From: Octopus sinensis
Taxonomy: Eukaryota
Assembly: GCF_006345805.1 (NCBI RefSeq)
Contig: NC_042997.1
Span: 1,984,001 to 2,048,000 of the forward strand
Length of the DNA: 64,000 nucleotides
Direction of reading: 5' to 3'
The translations under genes and the position numbers were made by a program. The notes below the pieces were generated by a model that saw nothing but the letters and a program-made list of their open reading frames with translations, was not told where the DNA came from and did not search any database. This document shows positions 12,170-25,613 of the stretch, in pieces (the stretch's first letter is position 1; every line of letters starts with the position of its first letter).

Positions 12170-15100
12170 TATGTGCGGCATTTCTTCTCTCTTTTGTTGG
12201 TTTGTTTTCTTTTTTAGGCATGTCCTACGACAGATAATGAAAGTGATATTTTTAAACTATAAGAACATGGAGGATGAATCATATAACACGTCCATGCCGA
12301 CAGCAAGATTAACGAGATTTATAGAATTTGGTTCGGGAGGGCATACGCCGAATGTTATTGCACAAATGAAAGCACCGTTCATAAGAAACTGTTAAAAGGA
12401 ATGTTGTCGTTAAATATTTAAATGGGGAAAAGTGAAATAAAAAAAACAAAAATAACAAATATTCATAAATGTGCATATTATTAAATTTTGGTTGAAATAT
12501 TTAATGAGATTGTGAACCATCTAAGGAATACGTACAATGAGAATATCTGTATGTTTTAGCGTTATCAGAAATGTGATTATTTAGAGGTTAGGAAATTATC
12601 ACCTCCATTAAAATATGATATTACTATTGCATCAATTTGAATTCAAACACTATAATGTACAGTCGATTAACTTCGATGAATTCTTTGTTGCTACTCGAGA
12701 ATGAAGACAAATAAAACTATATATGTAAAAGTTAAAGAAGTAAACACAAGTAGAAAAAAATATGAATTAAAGTAAAATAAAAGATGTTGAAAAGTATTGC
12801 AATTCAATAGTAAGGCGTGAAAAGATAATTAGTCGCAGACTCTTCATTAAAAAGACCTTTATTTATAAACATTGTTAACTTAATGAAATGTAAATTGGAG
12901 TTGTTGAGACGTAACATTTCGAACCAAAATTGAACAATAGTAATAGAATATAAAGCAAAAAAAATATATGGTACTTACTTTGAGAATGAATACCAAGCAA
13001 TTTTACGAATAACATTTAAGGAGTTCGGAAATCTGTGATATTACATTTTCTAAATTTAAAAATAATTCAATTTGAATAATAAAATATAAAAAAAATACAC
13101 ATCACAATATTTTATTGCAATTTCATATGGGAATTTACATAATATGTTAACATATCAACAAAGAATGAAATGAATGTAGAATAAATAACATCATGTCTAA
13201 AGAATATGTTTGCATTTTTTTGCAACTGGGAAACGTACATAAATTAATACGGGCATGTACGATTGCAGTTTCTCTCTCTCACATTCCCTCTCTCAAACTG
13301 CATATATACACACATGTATACATATACCTATGTGTATGTCTCTATATGAATATCGACATATATGTATGTGTATGTGTGTGGATGCGTTTAATGAGTGTGA
13401 GTGAGAAGGAGTGTTAGTGTATGTGTGTGTGCGTGTATGTACGTGAGAGAGAGAGAGAGAGAGTCTCAGTGCGCATGAACTATCAAGAATTTTGCTTCAC
13501 AACTTTGAGGATTCAATTTCGATATCACTTGGGGAAATATAATTTTGAAGAAGATTATATATTTGATTGGATTTAGATACACAGAAATATCAAAGAGTCT
13601 ATCGAGGATCCAAAAGCTTGCAATTTTATGAATAACATTTTTCCGATGAAGTTTCCATCAGACTACATCCTGTTGTTTCTCCCTACAATTGATGTTAAGG
13701 CCTCATATGTCTGACGAGTGCATAATTACTTATGCATTAATTCAGGATCAAGTAATTCAAATGATCACACAAATGTGTTCTCATCGTCGGACGGCTGAAT
13801 CAACCATAACAATCAACGAATAATGATGCAACGTGTATATGTTTTCACATATCTGAACACGGATTTTGCTGCACTGTCACCTTTTCTTATTCCAACGTGT
13901 TAGTTATGCCGCGTTAAGATTGGAAATTATCCACTTTTGGTTGCCTTTTAAAATATTCTTATATACCATTCTACTGTAACATTTCTTTTCAGTGGAACGG
14001 ATGAAATAACTCCACTTGAACTGCGTTTCCATCATTCTTATTAGCTCTTCTGCATTATTGTCCCGTAATACTTAGTGTGCTTGCGAGACATCTAACGCAA
14101 AACATTTTGGGAACTACGGTTCAATATCTTCTATTTTTACGCCAAATGCCTACCAGTCTATATCAGTGTGTTGAATGACTGTATTAGCCTGTCATTATTT
14201 TGCTTCGTGAGCTATCGCAAAAGTTTCCATTCTCCTTCTAAAGAAATACAAGGAACTCCTCCGTCTCTCACATGATATTCTCTTCAGACAATGTTTTTAC
14301 GCTTTACATTAAACTTCCTGGCGCTTCGTTGAAAAATCATTTCGTAATTCTTATCCAGTGAAAACTCTTCGTCCGTATATCTAGATTGGTTACACCACAT
14401 CTGTTCTCCTTCGTCTCTAAGTCTTGCATTGTTTAGTATTTACTGGAAATTAAGCAAGTTCTATCTTAGCGAATTCAATTTCAATAGTACTGCAGACTAC
14501 TATAATAGTTTCATGCCTCTCGAGCACTATGTTTGGATAATCGTCAAAGAAGGATTTTAGCCAGCACTTAGTGTTCTAATATCTGCCTACATCTATTATT
14601 GTATACTTCCTTCTCTATGAGCGAATCGCTGCAGCAATAACGTCGTAGTACAACAAATATCGACGAATATAACCTCATCTCTCACCTAATATCAAAATCG
14701 ATGTTGATTAAGTGCATTGTCAGATTTACTGGTTAAAGCAGGCAGACTACAGGCACAGTAAATTTTTTCTTTGTATAGCATTTAGCTAGATTCATATTAC
14801 TGATAACATTTATAAATGGTAATTTCACATGTTTGCAGTTTGTTCTCCACGATGCTTATAATATTGTCAATTAGATATTTCTCTTTTCTCAGAACAACAA
14901 GATTCCATGCATTTAATCTCTTATATCAATGGTGGCTATCACAAGACGGTGTTATACCCTATGAGTGGATAGTAAATTAGCATTCGCTATTTCACCATCT
15001 GTGTCTTTGGCGTCCAAACTGAAGCATTTGGCACAACGCAGTTAATACATGATTCGAAAGCCCACTTACAAAAGTGTGATGTTACTGTCTCTACAACGCT

Positions 15101-16000
15101 TTTAACATAAATTGTGGTAGGTTTCCCGATCTCTTGATTATGTAAGCATAGACATATTCCAAGCCCCCTCCTACCACTACTCATTTATGAATACTTCTCT
15201 TGCTTAAAAAGTTCTTGCGGTTTGTTATTTTTTATCATTAGCATTCAGATACAGTAATAATTCATATCCTATAGAATAGAATGTTGTAACACATTATTGA
15301 ATAACTGGGAGACTTGCAACTTGTTTCAGTTTCTGAGACCATATGTCAACAAAATCCATAGCGTTGATCAATCATGATAAGTTTCTCTTTAACCTAACCT
15401 TCCGCCACCTCCAACATATTTTAGCTGAAATATTTTGTAGTGTGACATCTGATAAATGAATACTTCGTTTGCTGTCCGATAAGAGTGAGAAATTCATGTA
15501 AGGACATAAATGAAAATTAATATTGAGACATTTTTCAGTCGCATGCAACAATACACAGTGTTTGTATTCTGAAAAAGTGATGTAAGTGCGATTTACTCAG
15601 ATAGTATATCAATCCTATTTACCCATATATTCTTTTCCTTTTCGGAAAATAACACCAGAAACAAGATTTCATTTCTAGTTTCCTTTTAGACAAAGATAAA
15701 ACACTGATGCTTTTCATCATGATAAAGCTTTATATATATTTAATTATTACATATGTCCGGTACTTTTACATATGCATTAAACAAATATCATCCTAAAAGT
15801 TTGAAAATAGCTAATACTCAGTATAGCTTCTTGTTTGATGAATCAGATTCAATTGCAATAAGTGTGTAATAAAGAAATATAATCCAGAGAAATATTATAA
15901 TCCAAGGTCTTTAAATGACTTTGCATTGCTCGGCATTGAATTTTGATTGTTTCTCGATTCATATACCAACAACAGCTTCAGCAACATTCATGCTGGGACC

Positions 16001-16100
16001 NNNNNNNNNNNNNNNNNNNNNNNNNNNNNNNNNNNNNNNNNNNNNNNNNNNNNNNNNNNNNNNNNNNNNNNNNNNNNNNNNNNNNNNNNNNNNNNNNNNN
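16001..16100. other. Assembly gap (100 N)
   Basis: Run of n. Confidence 1.
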
Positions 16101-16699
16101 AAATATCCACCGACTAAATAAGTTTTATCAGACGATTAAAATATTTTTTTAAATAAAAAAAATAAAAAGCATATTTGAAAAATATTTGAAAAAAGTCTTT
16201 TACTTCCCTGATACAAGTAAGTCCATAGTTCATAGATCTTGAAAAAAGTATTTTACTCCCTCCACACATGTACGTCCAAAATTTCATAATGACCAGACTT
16301 CACAGGTCAAATTCAACATTCACATATATCTATGGCCACTTTAGGAGCTCACCGCCACAGTATATTTGCACTAAAGTGCAACACGGCGATGATCCCCTCC
16401 CCCATCAGGATAAACATGAAACAGGAGAACGAACAGATCAACATTTTTCTTAAGAAAAGTTCATACTTTTATGGAAAGCTTATATAATTTAAAAGAAAAA
16501 ATCACATTAGTGGACCAGTCCAAATTTTCTAAAAAAAAAAAAACGTATACTACTAAACACACAGGTGGCTGTAGTTCACAGAAATTCACCTCATCGCCTT
16601 GAAATCCCCGTAACGCTAAACAATTTTATTATATCTACTTATATTTCTATACACTTTCAAATAGGTGGACGAAAACCTATGATTGCAAAAAGGGATCAC

Positions 16700-17210
16700 C
16701 TTAGTAAATCTCTTCATAGTTTTTGGTTCAAACGACTTAAGGGTGGGAAATGATTCTTTTACACTCTCAACTTACACTTATATATATATTTACTCTGAAG
16801 TAAGTGGCTCTCGAAATAACGAAACATTCCTGAGAATAACTCTTATTATTCCTCTTTAGATCGTGTATATAATATGCAAGCATGGTAGAGCTACAGTATT
16901 TTTCAACGAGCTCATGTGAGTCCTATACCTAGCCTTAAAATTTACTGTAATACCTATATAAAACTTATCTAAATTATCCTCATCCTTAACAACGCATTTA
17001 TAAATTGCATTAGTAATTAGACAGTACCCATGAAGGGGACATAATCCAGGGTTTCAACAATTACATGATTTCCCAGGGCCATCCCTAACCTTAATTTTTG
17101 TACTAACAGTACTTGTCAGGTTTCCCACATTCACTTCTTCACATCTCTATTTACTGGGGTTCGATACACCCGGTGGGAGCAACAGGTTTCCATCTCTAAT
17201 CTTAGGCGTA
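16700..17210 (-). mobile_element. Penelope-like element fragment, family A (GIY-YIG)
   Basis: Minus-strand translation CNC*NPGLCPLHGYCLITNAIYKCVVKDEDNLDKFYIGITVNFKARYRTHMSSL, homologous to 4430-4600. Confidence 0.75.
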
Positions 17211-17670
17211 TATATCATTAAATGTTTGCGGGGTAGTGTTGTATGTAAAGTCGTCGACCCAAAGTTAATGTTTGTTCTATAACCAATGCTTCTTTATATT
17301 CAAATCAGTTATGTTTGAGCACTTTCTTTTGCAGTCCTATAAACCCTTTTTTTTTGTATTGGAAAAGACAAATATTATTCCTTGTAGTATATATGTAGGT
17401 ATATTACACGCACACACGCACAGTACACACACATACACATACACACGTATGTTAGCATCGAAAGAAAGAATCTCACTTATCTTCTTGAAGATATGATTTT
17501 AAAAAATATATTTGATTCCTGTTCGTATATCGTAAGTATACACAAACACACAAACATACACATACCAGTATTCTCCATTCAGTTATCAGATATTGTCATT
17601 GTGTCTGTCATATAGAAAATATAAGGATTTTCAACTTCATCCACAAACAATTTCGAAACAATTTTAAACA

Positions 17671-17799
17671 GGCGCAGGTGTGGCTGTGTGGTTCCGGGTT
17701 CAGTCCTACTGCGTGGCACTTTGGGCAGAGTGTCTTCTACTATAGCCTCGGGTCGACCAAAATCGTATATATGTATATATAATATATATATATATAATA

Positions 17800-17834
<35 letters not shown>

Positions 17835-18070
17835 GTTGTGTGTGTGTGTGTGTGTGTGTTGATTGTGTGTGTGTTTTTCCCTCCAGAATCACTTAACAAT
17901 CAATGCTGGTGTGTTTACATCCCCGTAACATATAGGTTCGGCAAAAGAGACCGATGGAATACGTACTAGGCTTAGAAATAATAAGTCCTGGGGCGATTTG
18001 ACTGACTAAAAGAGGGTGCTTCAGCATGGGCGTACTCAAATGACTGAAGCAAGTAAAAGAGAAAAGAGTA
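17671..18070 (+). mobile_element. tRNA-derived SINE (octopus-type, internal microsatellite)
   Basis: A-box-like TGGCTGTGTGG, B-box-like GGTTCAGTCC, body GGCAAAAGAGACCGAT, AAAAGAG tail; shared with 23395 and 57862. Confidence 0.85.
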
Positions 18071-20801
18071 AGAATAGAGATACTTTGATTAATAGGGTGA
18101 CTAAGGAAGTTTAACCTGGATTATAAGCGTAACTACTTCACTGTTGCTACGTACGGATAATCCTAAGATATTTATTCTCTACATCAGCGTTCACATCACA
18201 ACACTTCTGCTACATTTCACTGTCTTAGAAACACGTTTTATTTATATTTATTCATTTATTTATTGTTTGAGGCGGGAGGGGGGCGACGGGTATAATACGA
18301 CGCTGCACTTTTCCCCACCTCTTCTGAAAACAAACAAAAAATATCCACATCATTTTTTGGCCAGGCATACTCAAGACACCACGCATATTCTGCTCTGCAT
18401 TTTCATATACTATTAGCATAAGTAACACTTATGCATTACGTTTCTTCTACAGTATTGTAATAACAAACCGAATTACAATCTTCATGGATAACAACTTTAG
18501 CTTTTCAGGGATCAATCATCATCATTTATGCGTTGCTTCCATCACTGCACTGAAATAATATTCAGGACAAACAATTGCCGTTGGAGCGAACGCTAACTGT
18601 TGCCTGTCTTCATATTTGTAGCCACGCCCAAGTCATGACCGAAGATATTCGGTCCTGCTTTACACAACTTAGTTCCTCAGAGTTTATTTCCTCAAGAAGA
18701 ATATCATACATATCCTCTTCCATTCCCTTCCAGAAATCAATGATATATTTACAATCGCATATCTTATTATCAGACACCTACTGGTTTATTTGACACACTA
18801 CAAGCAGGTTTTATCTTGAAATAACTGCCGATAAAATTCTAATAAATATATAAATTTACTCACGTATGGAATCCTGACATCTATGTGGATATGTGTGTGT
18901 CTGTGTATATTATATATCTATATATATATATATCAATATATATATACTCTTCCAACACATGTATATTTACGGTTTCGTATCTGTATTAAAGAAACAATAT
19001 CCATATGTTTCTAAACCGTGTAAATAGAAAAGGCATTGGTTGCGAATGGAGTATATTTGATGAGAGTTGCACGATCAGATTTGTCGCACTTTCTACACTA
19101 AGAGGAAAAACATATTGAAGTGCAGCAAACACTTTTTTACATTTATGTGAAGTCTGTGTCTCGATCATACAAAAGAATATTTATCGTCTTCATAATATTA
19201 AGTTCAACAAAGATTCACAAAATTTCCAGAATTCATTGATGAATACTTTAAAAGTGTTCATTGTCGTAGATAATATTATGTTCTGTTGATATTGTCTCTG
19301 TTTGTGTACGTATATATTGTTATGCATATTATGTAATGTAATATCTCAAATATAGATGTTGTGTGCACGTTTTGCATGTTTTCTTTTCAATTAGTTTCCA
19401 CGACAGAACAGTTTTCGAATTCGAATTAAAATAAAATATTAAGATAAGTGATCTTATCTAGTTGCTGTTTATGAATATCTGGTGATATGGAGCTTAGAAT
19501 GCATTGTCTTGTTCTTTTGGAGAGTATATTTTATTTTACCTGTAACTCCTTTGTATATTTATGTTTATTTCTTTCTTTGTGACACTGTTAGATTAATGCA
19601 AGCTACAGAATGTGCGAGCTTATGCGATTAAAATAGTATAAGCTTTTATATTCTGAAGGTACTTATCTTTATTTATTTTAAGCAAGTTTAAATAACACTA
19701 ACATGTCCATAATTAAATCAGAGGTATTCGTTCGTCACTTGAAACAAATATACACTCGGCGTCTAAATGAAACCTAAGCAGTGAAATAAAAGTACAATTT
19801 GACAGCATGTAAGACGATTACGGTATAATCTGATAATCAATAACTAAAGCTAAGATAAAAGTCTATGTTCCGTTTTACTGTGACCAAGAGGGAATTGAGA
19901 ATGGTAATGTGGGAAGATAATATTCTCTAGAGTCATAACGAAAAAGAGTTCTGGTAAATAGAATCCTTGAGGGTGTTCCATTCTCAGGTGAACAGAAATA
20001 ATTATATATATAGACATGCGTATCTACATACATATATATGTGTGTATGAATGTGTATATGCGAGTGTATATGTGTGTGCAGGTGTGTGACATAAACTAAA
20101 CACTCACATACACGTTTACATACACATTTATATGTATGTATATGTATGTATATATATATCTATATATACATATGTACATCAACACAAAAACACATACATA
20201 TATTTATTCTTAGGTGTATGTAACATTTTCATTTATATTTATTGTTATCCTTCAGAAAAGAAATTCTCCAGAGGAAACTAGTTGGCATTTTGAAAAACCG
20301 TACAGTTTGACAGGTGTATTTAATAATAAATCTGCAGCAGTTTATTCTATATGGAAAATAATCTAGTTTCTGTTCTGCGATTTGTAAAAATGTTACGAGA
20401 CAATTAGATATTTTCTACCATAGTCCTCTACCACTCTGTCGTTTGACACTATTTCCCTTAAAGTCATATTTCAGGCAATTGTCGCTTATCATTCTCTCAG
20501 AATTGTAAATATTTTTGTGTTTCTTAATCATAAAATGTAACGTAGCGTAGTGTATAAAAAGCTTCAAGAATCTCATTCAACTCATCTCAATTTAATATAA
20601 TAAATATATATCAGGTAGTTTATTGTGTTTTTTTTATGTACAGCATAGCATAGTCGCATGTGTAGACATATGTATTGCTGCAGATACTCTTTTAACTTGA
20701 ATAATGTTGTTATTAATGTGGAAAGCATCTTTCCACATGTTAGTTTGTGTTCTATAACATAAGAAGATCATATTTTATAAGTGTAATTTATATGGCTTTA
20801 A

Positions 20802-23180
20802 TAATTTCCTAAGTACCTTTCATTTTTGTCGGACGTGTTCTTTTCGCTGCTGGTAAGCAGTTTTGCTGTTGTTGAAAACGTTGGATTAACGTTTGGATTT
20901 TTCATTATTATTTGTTGAACGTTAAAGTTTATTGTTGAACATTGTTGAATTATTTCCCGGTTTTTCAGGGGAATAAATAAAGGAGAAGGAATTGTTGACT
21001 AGTATTTGTTGGCCATTGTGGCATTTTTATGATCGTTATTTTGTCAAACTGTGTATAGTCTTTTTGGACAAATTTTTGTGGCCTTCACACTAATGGTGGT
21101 GGGATTTGAATATTGTTAGTGAACTGCTGTCCGCTTGAAGAGAAAACAATTTTATTTCTCATTTTTGTGGGAAACTATTTAATTTGAGTAATTTACTTTT
21201 GAAATTAATTTCAACCGAAGAATAACGGTTGAAATTATACATGGGAGGTGTACTCTCGTAGAGAGTAAGCAAGAAAAGTGTGAAAAAGTGTTCGGTGGTT
21301 GCCACGGTGGTAACCGAAAATTATCGACATTCCTGTCGATCAGCTGGAAGGTGTATTTAAAAGAATGAAAGAGGAAGGCGCTGATGTTAAAATATCATCC
21401 TCCTCCAGTATGGTTGACACAGAAAAACGGACCGTAATGTTTAAATACTTCCTCCCCCAAAACAGAAGATTTAAACACTTCGAAAAAGAGAAAATTGAAA
21501 AATGCCTGTCCCCGATATGGAAAGACGTAGCTTATTTTGCAATTAGACGGGCATACGGTACAGTTGATGTTCGTTTTTCTAGTGAAGCGTTAGCCAAATG
21601 GCATTCCGTGTGTCCCCTGAAGATAAAGGAGGTGGTACTACTCCCAACATACATGGGAAGGCGGACCTCCCGTGTGAAGGTGACAGAAGTACCACCGAGG
21701 GTTGACCCGAAGGAAGTGATGGCCACCCTGTTGTTTAACAGGACGGATCGTGTAAAATTCTTGCAAAGTACATGTTCTTCCGCCACCAGAATTGGCTCGG
21801 GCGGAATATTACAGTAATTGTACAGAGGGGGTAGCAAGACCTTCAGGAGCTTCCTAAAAGGAAGCTCGGAGGCGAGAGTGGGGCCCTTAGAATGCTGGTG
21901 GAAGGAAAAAACCCACCTGCTATGAATGTGGGGAAAAGGTCCACACTCGCGAAACAAGGAAAGAAAAAGAAAAGGAAAAGATAGAAAAATGGCGCAGACA
22001 CCAGGCCCTGCATGAACCCCAAAATATTCCCCAAATCCACGCATATACCAGATACCACCAAAGTAAACATTCCCACTCCCCCAACTGCAATGCTGGCCCC
22101 TAAACGTAGCACCACAAGAAGCTAATCACTGCATACACAAACCGCGATACAAGTAAAAATACCACAACCTCGTTGGCACCTGACGGAATAAGTACAGCTC
22201 CCTCGGACAACACCATGGAAGTGGTCAAGGGGGATTATGTAGTAGTTCGTAAACGAACTTATACACCGTCCCCATCCATTTTCCCCACAAAAACAAACGA
22301 GAAAGCACAGCCAATAACAGAAAAAAGAAAAAGAGATGACTGTGCCATTAAGGTGTCGGTGGAATTTGACACCAGAGACAAATGGACAGACGAAATAATT
22401 GTGAACCACCAAAGCGTCAAGCTTTTATCGAAGTACAAAACTTTCCGAAAAGGGTGCCAGGATAGGGGAAACACTATTCAAGCAGTTGAAGGAAAGACAC
22501 CCGACGGCCATCGGCAGATTTGGGAACCTTCCGAAGTATTTGGAGAAGGAGGAGAAGTAAGTGCCTGCCTTACGTATGGTGAGGTCAGCCCCAACGTCGC
22601 CCGTGAAGTGTAAGTAGAACCTCTACTTTTTATGTTGTGACTGCACTTAGCATTGGTTGTCTGAATGTGCGCCTTCTGAGGTCGAAGTGGAAGCAAATAT
22701 GTTTCCTCGACAACCTCAGACCACACGATATACATGTCATGGTTGCTACAGAGACCAAGCAGGACAGTTTACAAACCTTCACGCTCATCCTAAAATGTGG
22801 CAAGATAGGGAACCGTCTTGCACGCATTCGTAGAGTGTCTGGAGTTATATAGATTGATAGCTTTTGTCGAACAACTGTTGTGAGTAATGGGAAGCGTACA
22901 GCTGAGTCAGCTGAGTCTATCATCAGCTGAGTCTATCATCGAGATGGTGCCACATCCTTTCCTTCACAGGAAGGTAGTAGCCAAACTGAAAGAAACAGTA
23001 TGGAAGACGGGTGTGAAAGGTATAGAGACAGGTATCTTTGTCTCTGGCCAGGCATGGTTAACTTTTTTAGTTATCACCTCGGTAGAAAGCTCAGACTGAA
23101 GGTGTCTGTCACGAGATATGTTTGTGAAAAGATGGAAGCCTGTGATGAGCAAGCTGGGTGCAATTGATACCAGGTAAGTG
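20802..23180 (+). mobile_element. L1/Tx1-type LINE with 5' UTR, ORF1, ORF2 N-terminus and ORF2 C-terminus (large internal deletion)
   Basis: ORF1 remnant 21365-22613 with a CYECG..H zinc-knuckle remnant near 21920; APE start CLNVRLLRS...ATETK (about 22655-22760); then PKCGK..ETVLHAF and SRDMFVKRWKPV* (stop 23175-23177), homologous to the end of the element at 49366. Confidence 0.8.
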
Positions 23181-23394
23181 AGGGCAGGCTAAAAAGTAAA
23201 GGTTCTACCCAGATGGCCGGATGCGTTTCTTTCAACGTTCCTCATTGCGGAACGCAATGATTTATTCAAAATTTAAAATTTTTATTGCATATTTCATCGA
23301 TACAGTTTTTATCCGATTGATTTGAAATTTTTAAAACGTAAAAGCTTCTTCACACTTTATGTTTATCTCTGTCCCCTCTCTGTAATGCCTGTAT

Positions 23395-23790
23395 GGCAAA
23401 TCCATATGAAAGAAGCTTGCTTCTCAACCTCATGGTTCTGGGTCCAGTGACACTGCTTGGCAACTTGGAAAAGAGTTTCAAGGCGGACTAATGTTTTGTG
23501 AATGGCTTTCGTGGACCGAAACTAAAAGAATCTTCTTGTATATATATGTATATATCACTGAATGTGTGTCTTTCTAACTGTGCTTTCCCCCACCACCACA
23601 TGACAACCGGTGTTCGTGTATTTATGTCTCAGTACCTTAGCTGTTTGGCAAAAGAGACCGATAGAATAAGATTTAAAACGAAAGAAAAGACTTGGGATAC
23701 ATTAGGTCGACTAAAAACCTTCAAGGCGGTGACCTAGCATTGCTGCAGTTACATGAATGAAACCAGTAAAAGATAAAAGATAAAAGATTG
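23395..23790 (+). mobile_element. tRNA-derived SINE, degenerate full-length copy of the 17671 family
   Basis: GAAGCTTGCTTCTCAACCTCATGGTTCTGGGTCCAGT head; GGCAAAAGAGACCGATAGAATAAG body; (AAAAGAT)n tail. Confidence 0.75.
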
Positions 23791-24489
23791 GTACTTGAAC
23801 ATCCCACTGATGGATTTTCTGTTTTATATTTGACGCTTCACATGACATGTCCGGCACATGTCAACATTCGATTCAAGAATTAATTTTTTTGTCGTAGGGC
23901 AGAATGTTGTGCAGGCTATTTCCGTTCGTATTGCATATTACAAGTCATAATTGCTTTGTCAACACGAAAATAATATGTACGTTATTATTTGTATTTGATG
24001 TTCTTCTTGTTGTGGATCAGTGTTTTGATTTATTTTATTTTTACGTTTCAACATTACCAGTTACTGCAAACATCTATATAATATTAATTATATCAAGAAA
24101 TGATATTTATTGTAAATAAGTAGTTCTGCACATTGGTTTCCCAATTATCTTTCAACATTTTCGCCATTGTTTTTGCTTCATAGCATTGATATCAAATCAT
24201 ATTTCTTCATTTTAACTTGGATTGTTACCTAGTGTTATATAAAGTTCTGTACCCCTATATATTATTTCCGTAACTTTAGTGTTCTTCTTCTATACTAGAA
24301 CTATACAAACATATTTTGTTACCATTTTCCTGATCTCACCTCAAATACAAACGAGATCATTTTTCATCTACTACACAACATAATCAACTAAATTTGAGTT
24401 TTGCTGCCGTATGTCCCAAAGCAGCAGTAGAAGTGGTAAAATGACGATCTAGCTAATCTCATTAGGTGTGAAGGCACGTAACTTACTTT

Positions 24490-24685
24490 TAAGAAATTCA
24501 GCTCACGATCATGAAGTCAGCGCTTTGTGTCCATGAGCAAGTCACTTTATTTTACGTTGCTCCAGGGTACCCCGCTAGGAAAATACGTTGTACTAGTGAA
24601 CCAAAGGACTACATTATGTGTCACGCTGAATCTCGCCGAGAACTCCGTTAAGTATATACATGCTTATGTTTTCTACTCAGCTGCA
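24490..24685 (+). mobile_element. Degenerate SINE of a further family
   Basis: TGTGTCCATGAGCAAGTCACTTTATTTTACGTTGCTCCAG resembles the post-tRNA core of cephalopod SINEs (recalled, not searched). Confidence 0.5.
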
Positions 24686-25399
24686 ACACACATCCTCGTA
24701 ACCGACGGAGATCCAGCTGCTAATTACGTTATTGAAGTCGGTACAAATATTATCTTTGGCATCAAATTTGTATGCCACTCCAATTACAGAATAAATTTGT
24801 TTCTTTACTATAGCAGTTCGGTGGGTTTTATTTACCTGCTGGTTTGTAAAGGAATATTTGTAGGATTATCAGTCGATTCTTTTGTTTCTCTACATGCAAA
24901 ACGCTGGTAAAAAGCTAAAGTTATTTATTGAAGAAATATTATCATGTCTATAGATTTATATACATTTAAATACATACATTTTCGTTCAATTATAATATTA
25001 TGTATAGTCCCATGTATAGAGAGGCATATTCTACATTGGGTGAACAGTCATGTTTATTTCTCAATGCTATGATCAAAATTATCCTCGGTGCTAATTCATG
25101 TCAACTCTTTCTTCAGTAACATTATAAACAAACAAAATCCTCACCCCTAATCGCTTCTCTTCTCATTTCTGTTTATGAAGAACACTGTATAGCGCTTTCA
25201 ACAAAATCATTTCCCCCTAATATCCCAATTTCCTCCTTTGTGCTATACTAAATAAATATTCACTACGTCTTCTCACATCCGTACGAAAAATTTCATAATT
25301 CTCTCCAGATAAAATCGTAATCTTCTTTTCTTTATTTCTATTAACTTACCAATAGTCAATAACCGCTATACCTCAACCTGTTTCCTTCCAATTTGATCT

Positions 25400-25613
25400 T
25401 TCTTTTCTACTCGAGTCAAAAGGCCCGAAATTTTTGAGGAGAGAGCCAGTCGATTAGATCGACCCCAGTATGTAACTAGTAATTAATTTATCGACCCCGA
25501 AAGGATAAAAGGCAAAGGCGATCTCGGCGGAATTTTAACTCAGAACGTAAAGACAGACGAAATACAGCTAACCATTTCGCGCGGCGTGCTCCAGTTTCTG
25601 CCAGCTCGCCGCT
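25400..25613 (-). mobile_element. tRNA-derived SINE, second family, full length
   Basis: Reverse complement GCGGCGAGCTGGCAGAA (A box)...GAGTTAAAATTCCGCCGAG (B box)...CGGGGTCGATAAATTAA; partial copies at 36510 and 53418. Confidence 0.85.

Noticed and set aside
18416-18434. Perfect 8-bp hairpin GCATAAGT-AAC-ACTTATGC
   Set aside because: Isolated, and plausible by chance in 64 kb of AT-rich DNA.
20256-20313. Possible 58-bp exon (TTATCCTTCAG| ... |GTGTAT)
   Set aside because: Weak donor, unrecognisable peptide and no supporting neighbours.
24527-24910. 127-aa ORF as a host gene
   Set aside because: Its start overlaps a SINE remnant, it has no motif and no splice context.
25520-25613. tRNA gene
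   Set aside because: A/B boxes are present, but the sequence is continuous with the SINE body and lacks a proper cloverleaf.
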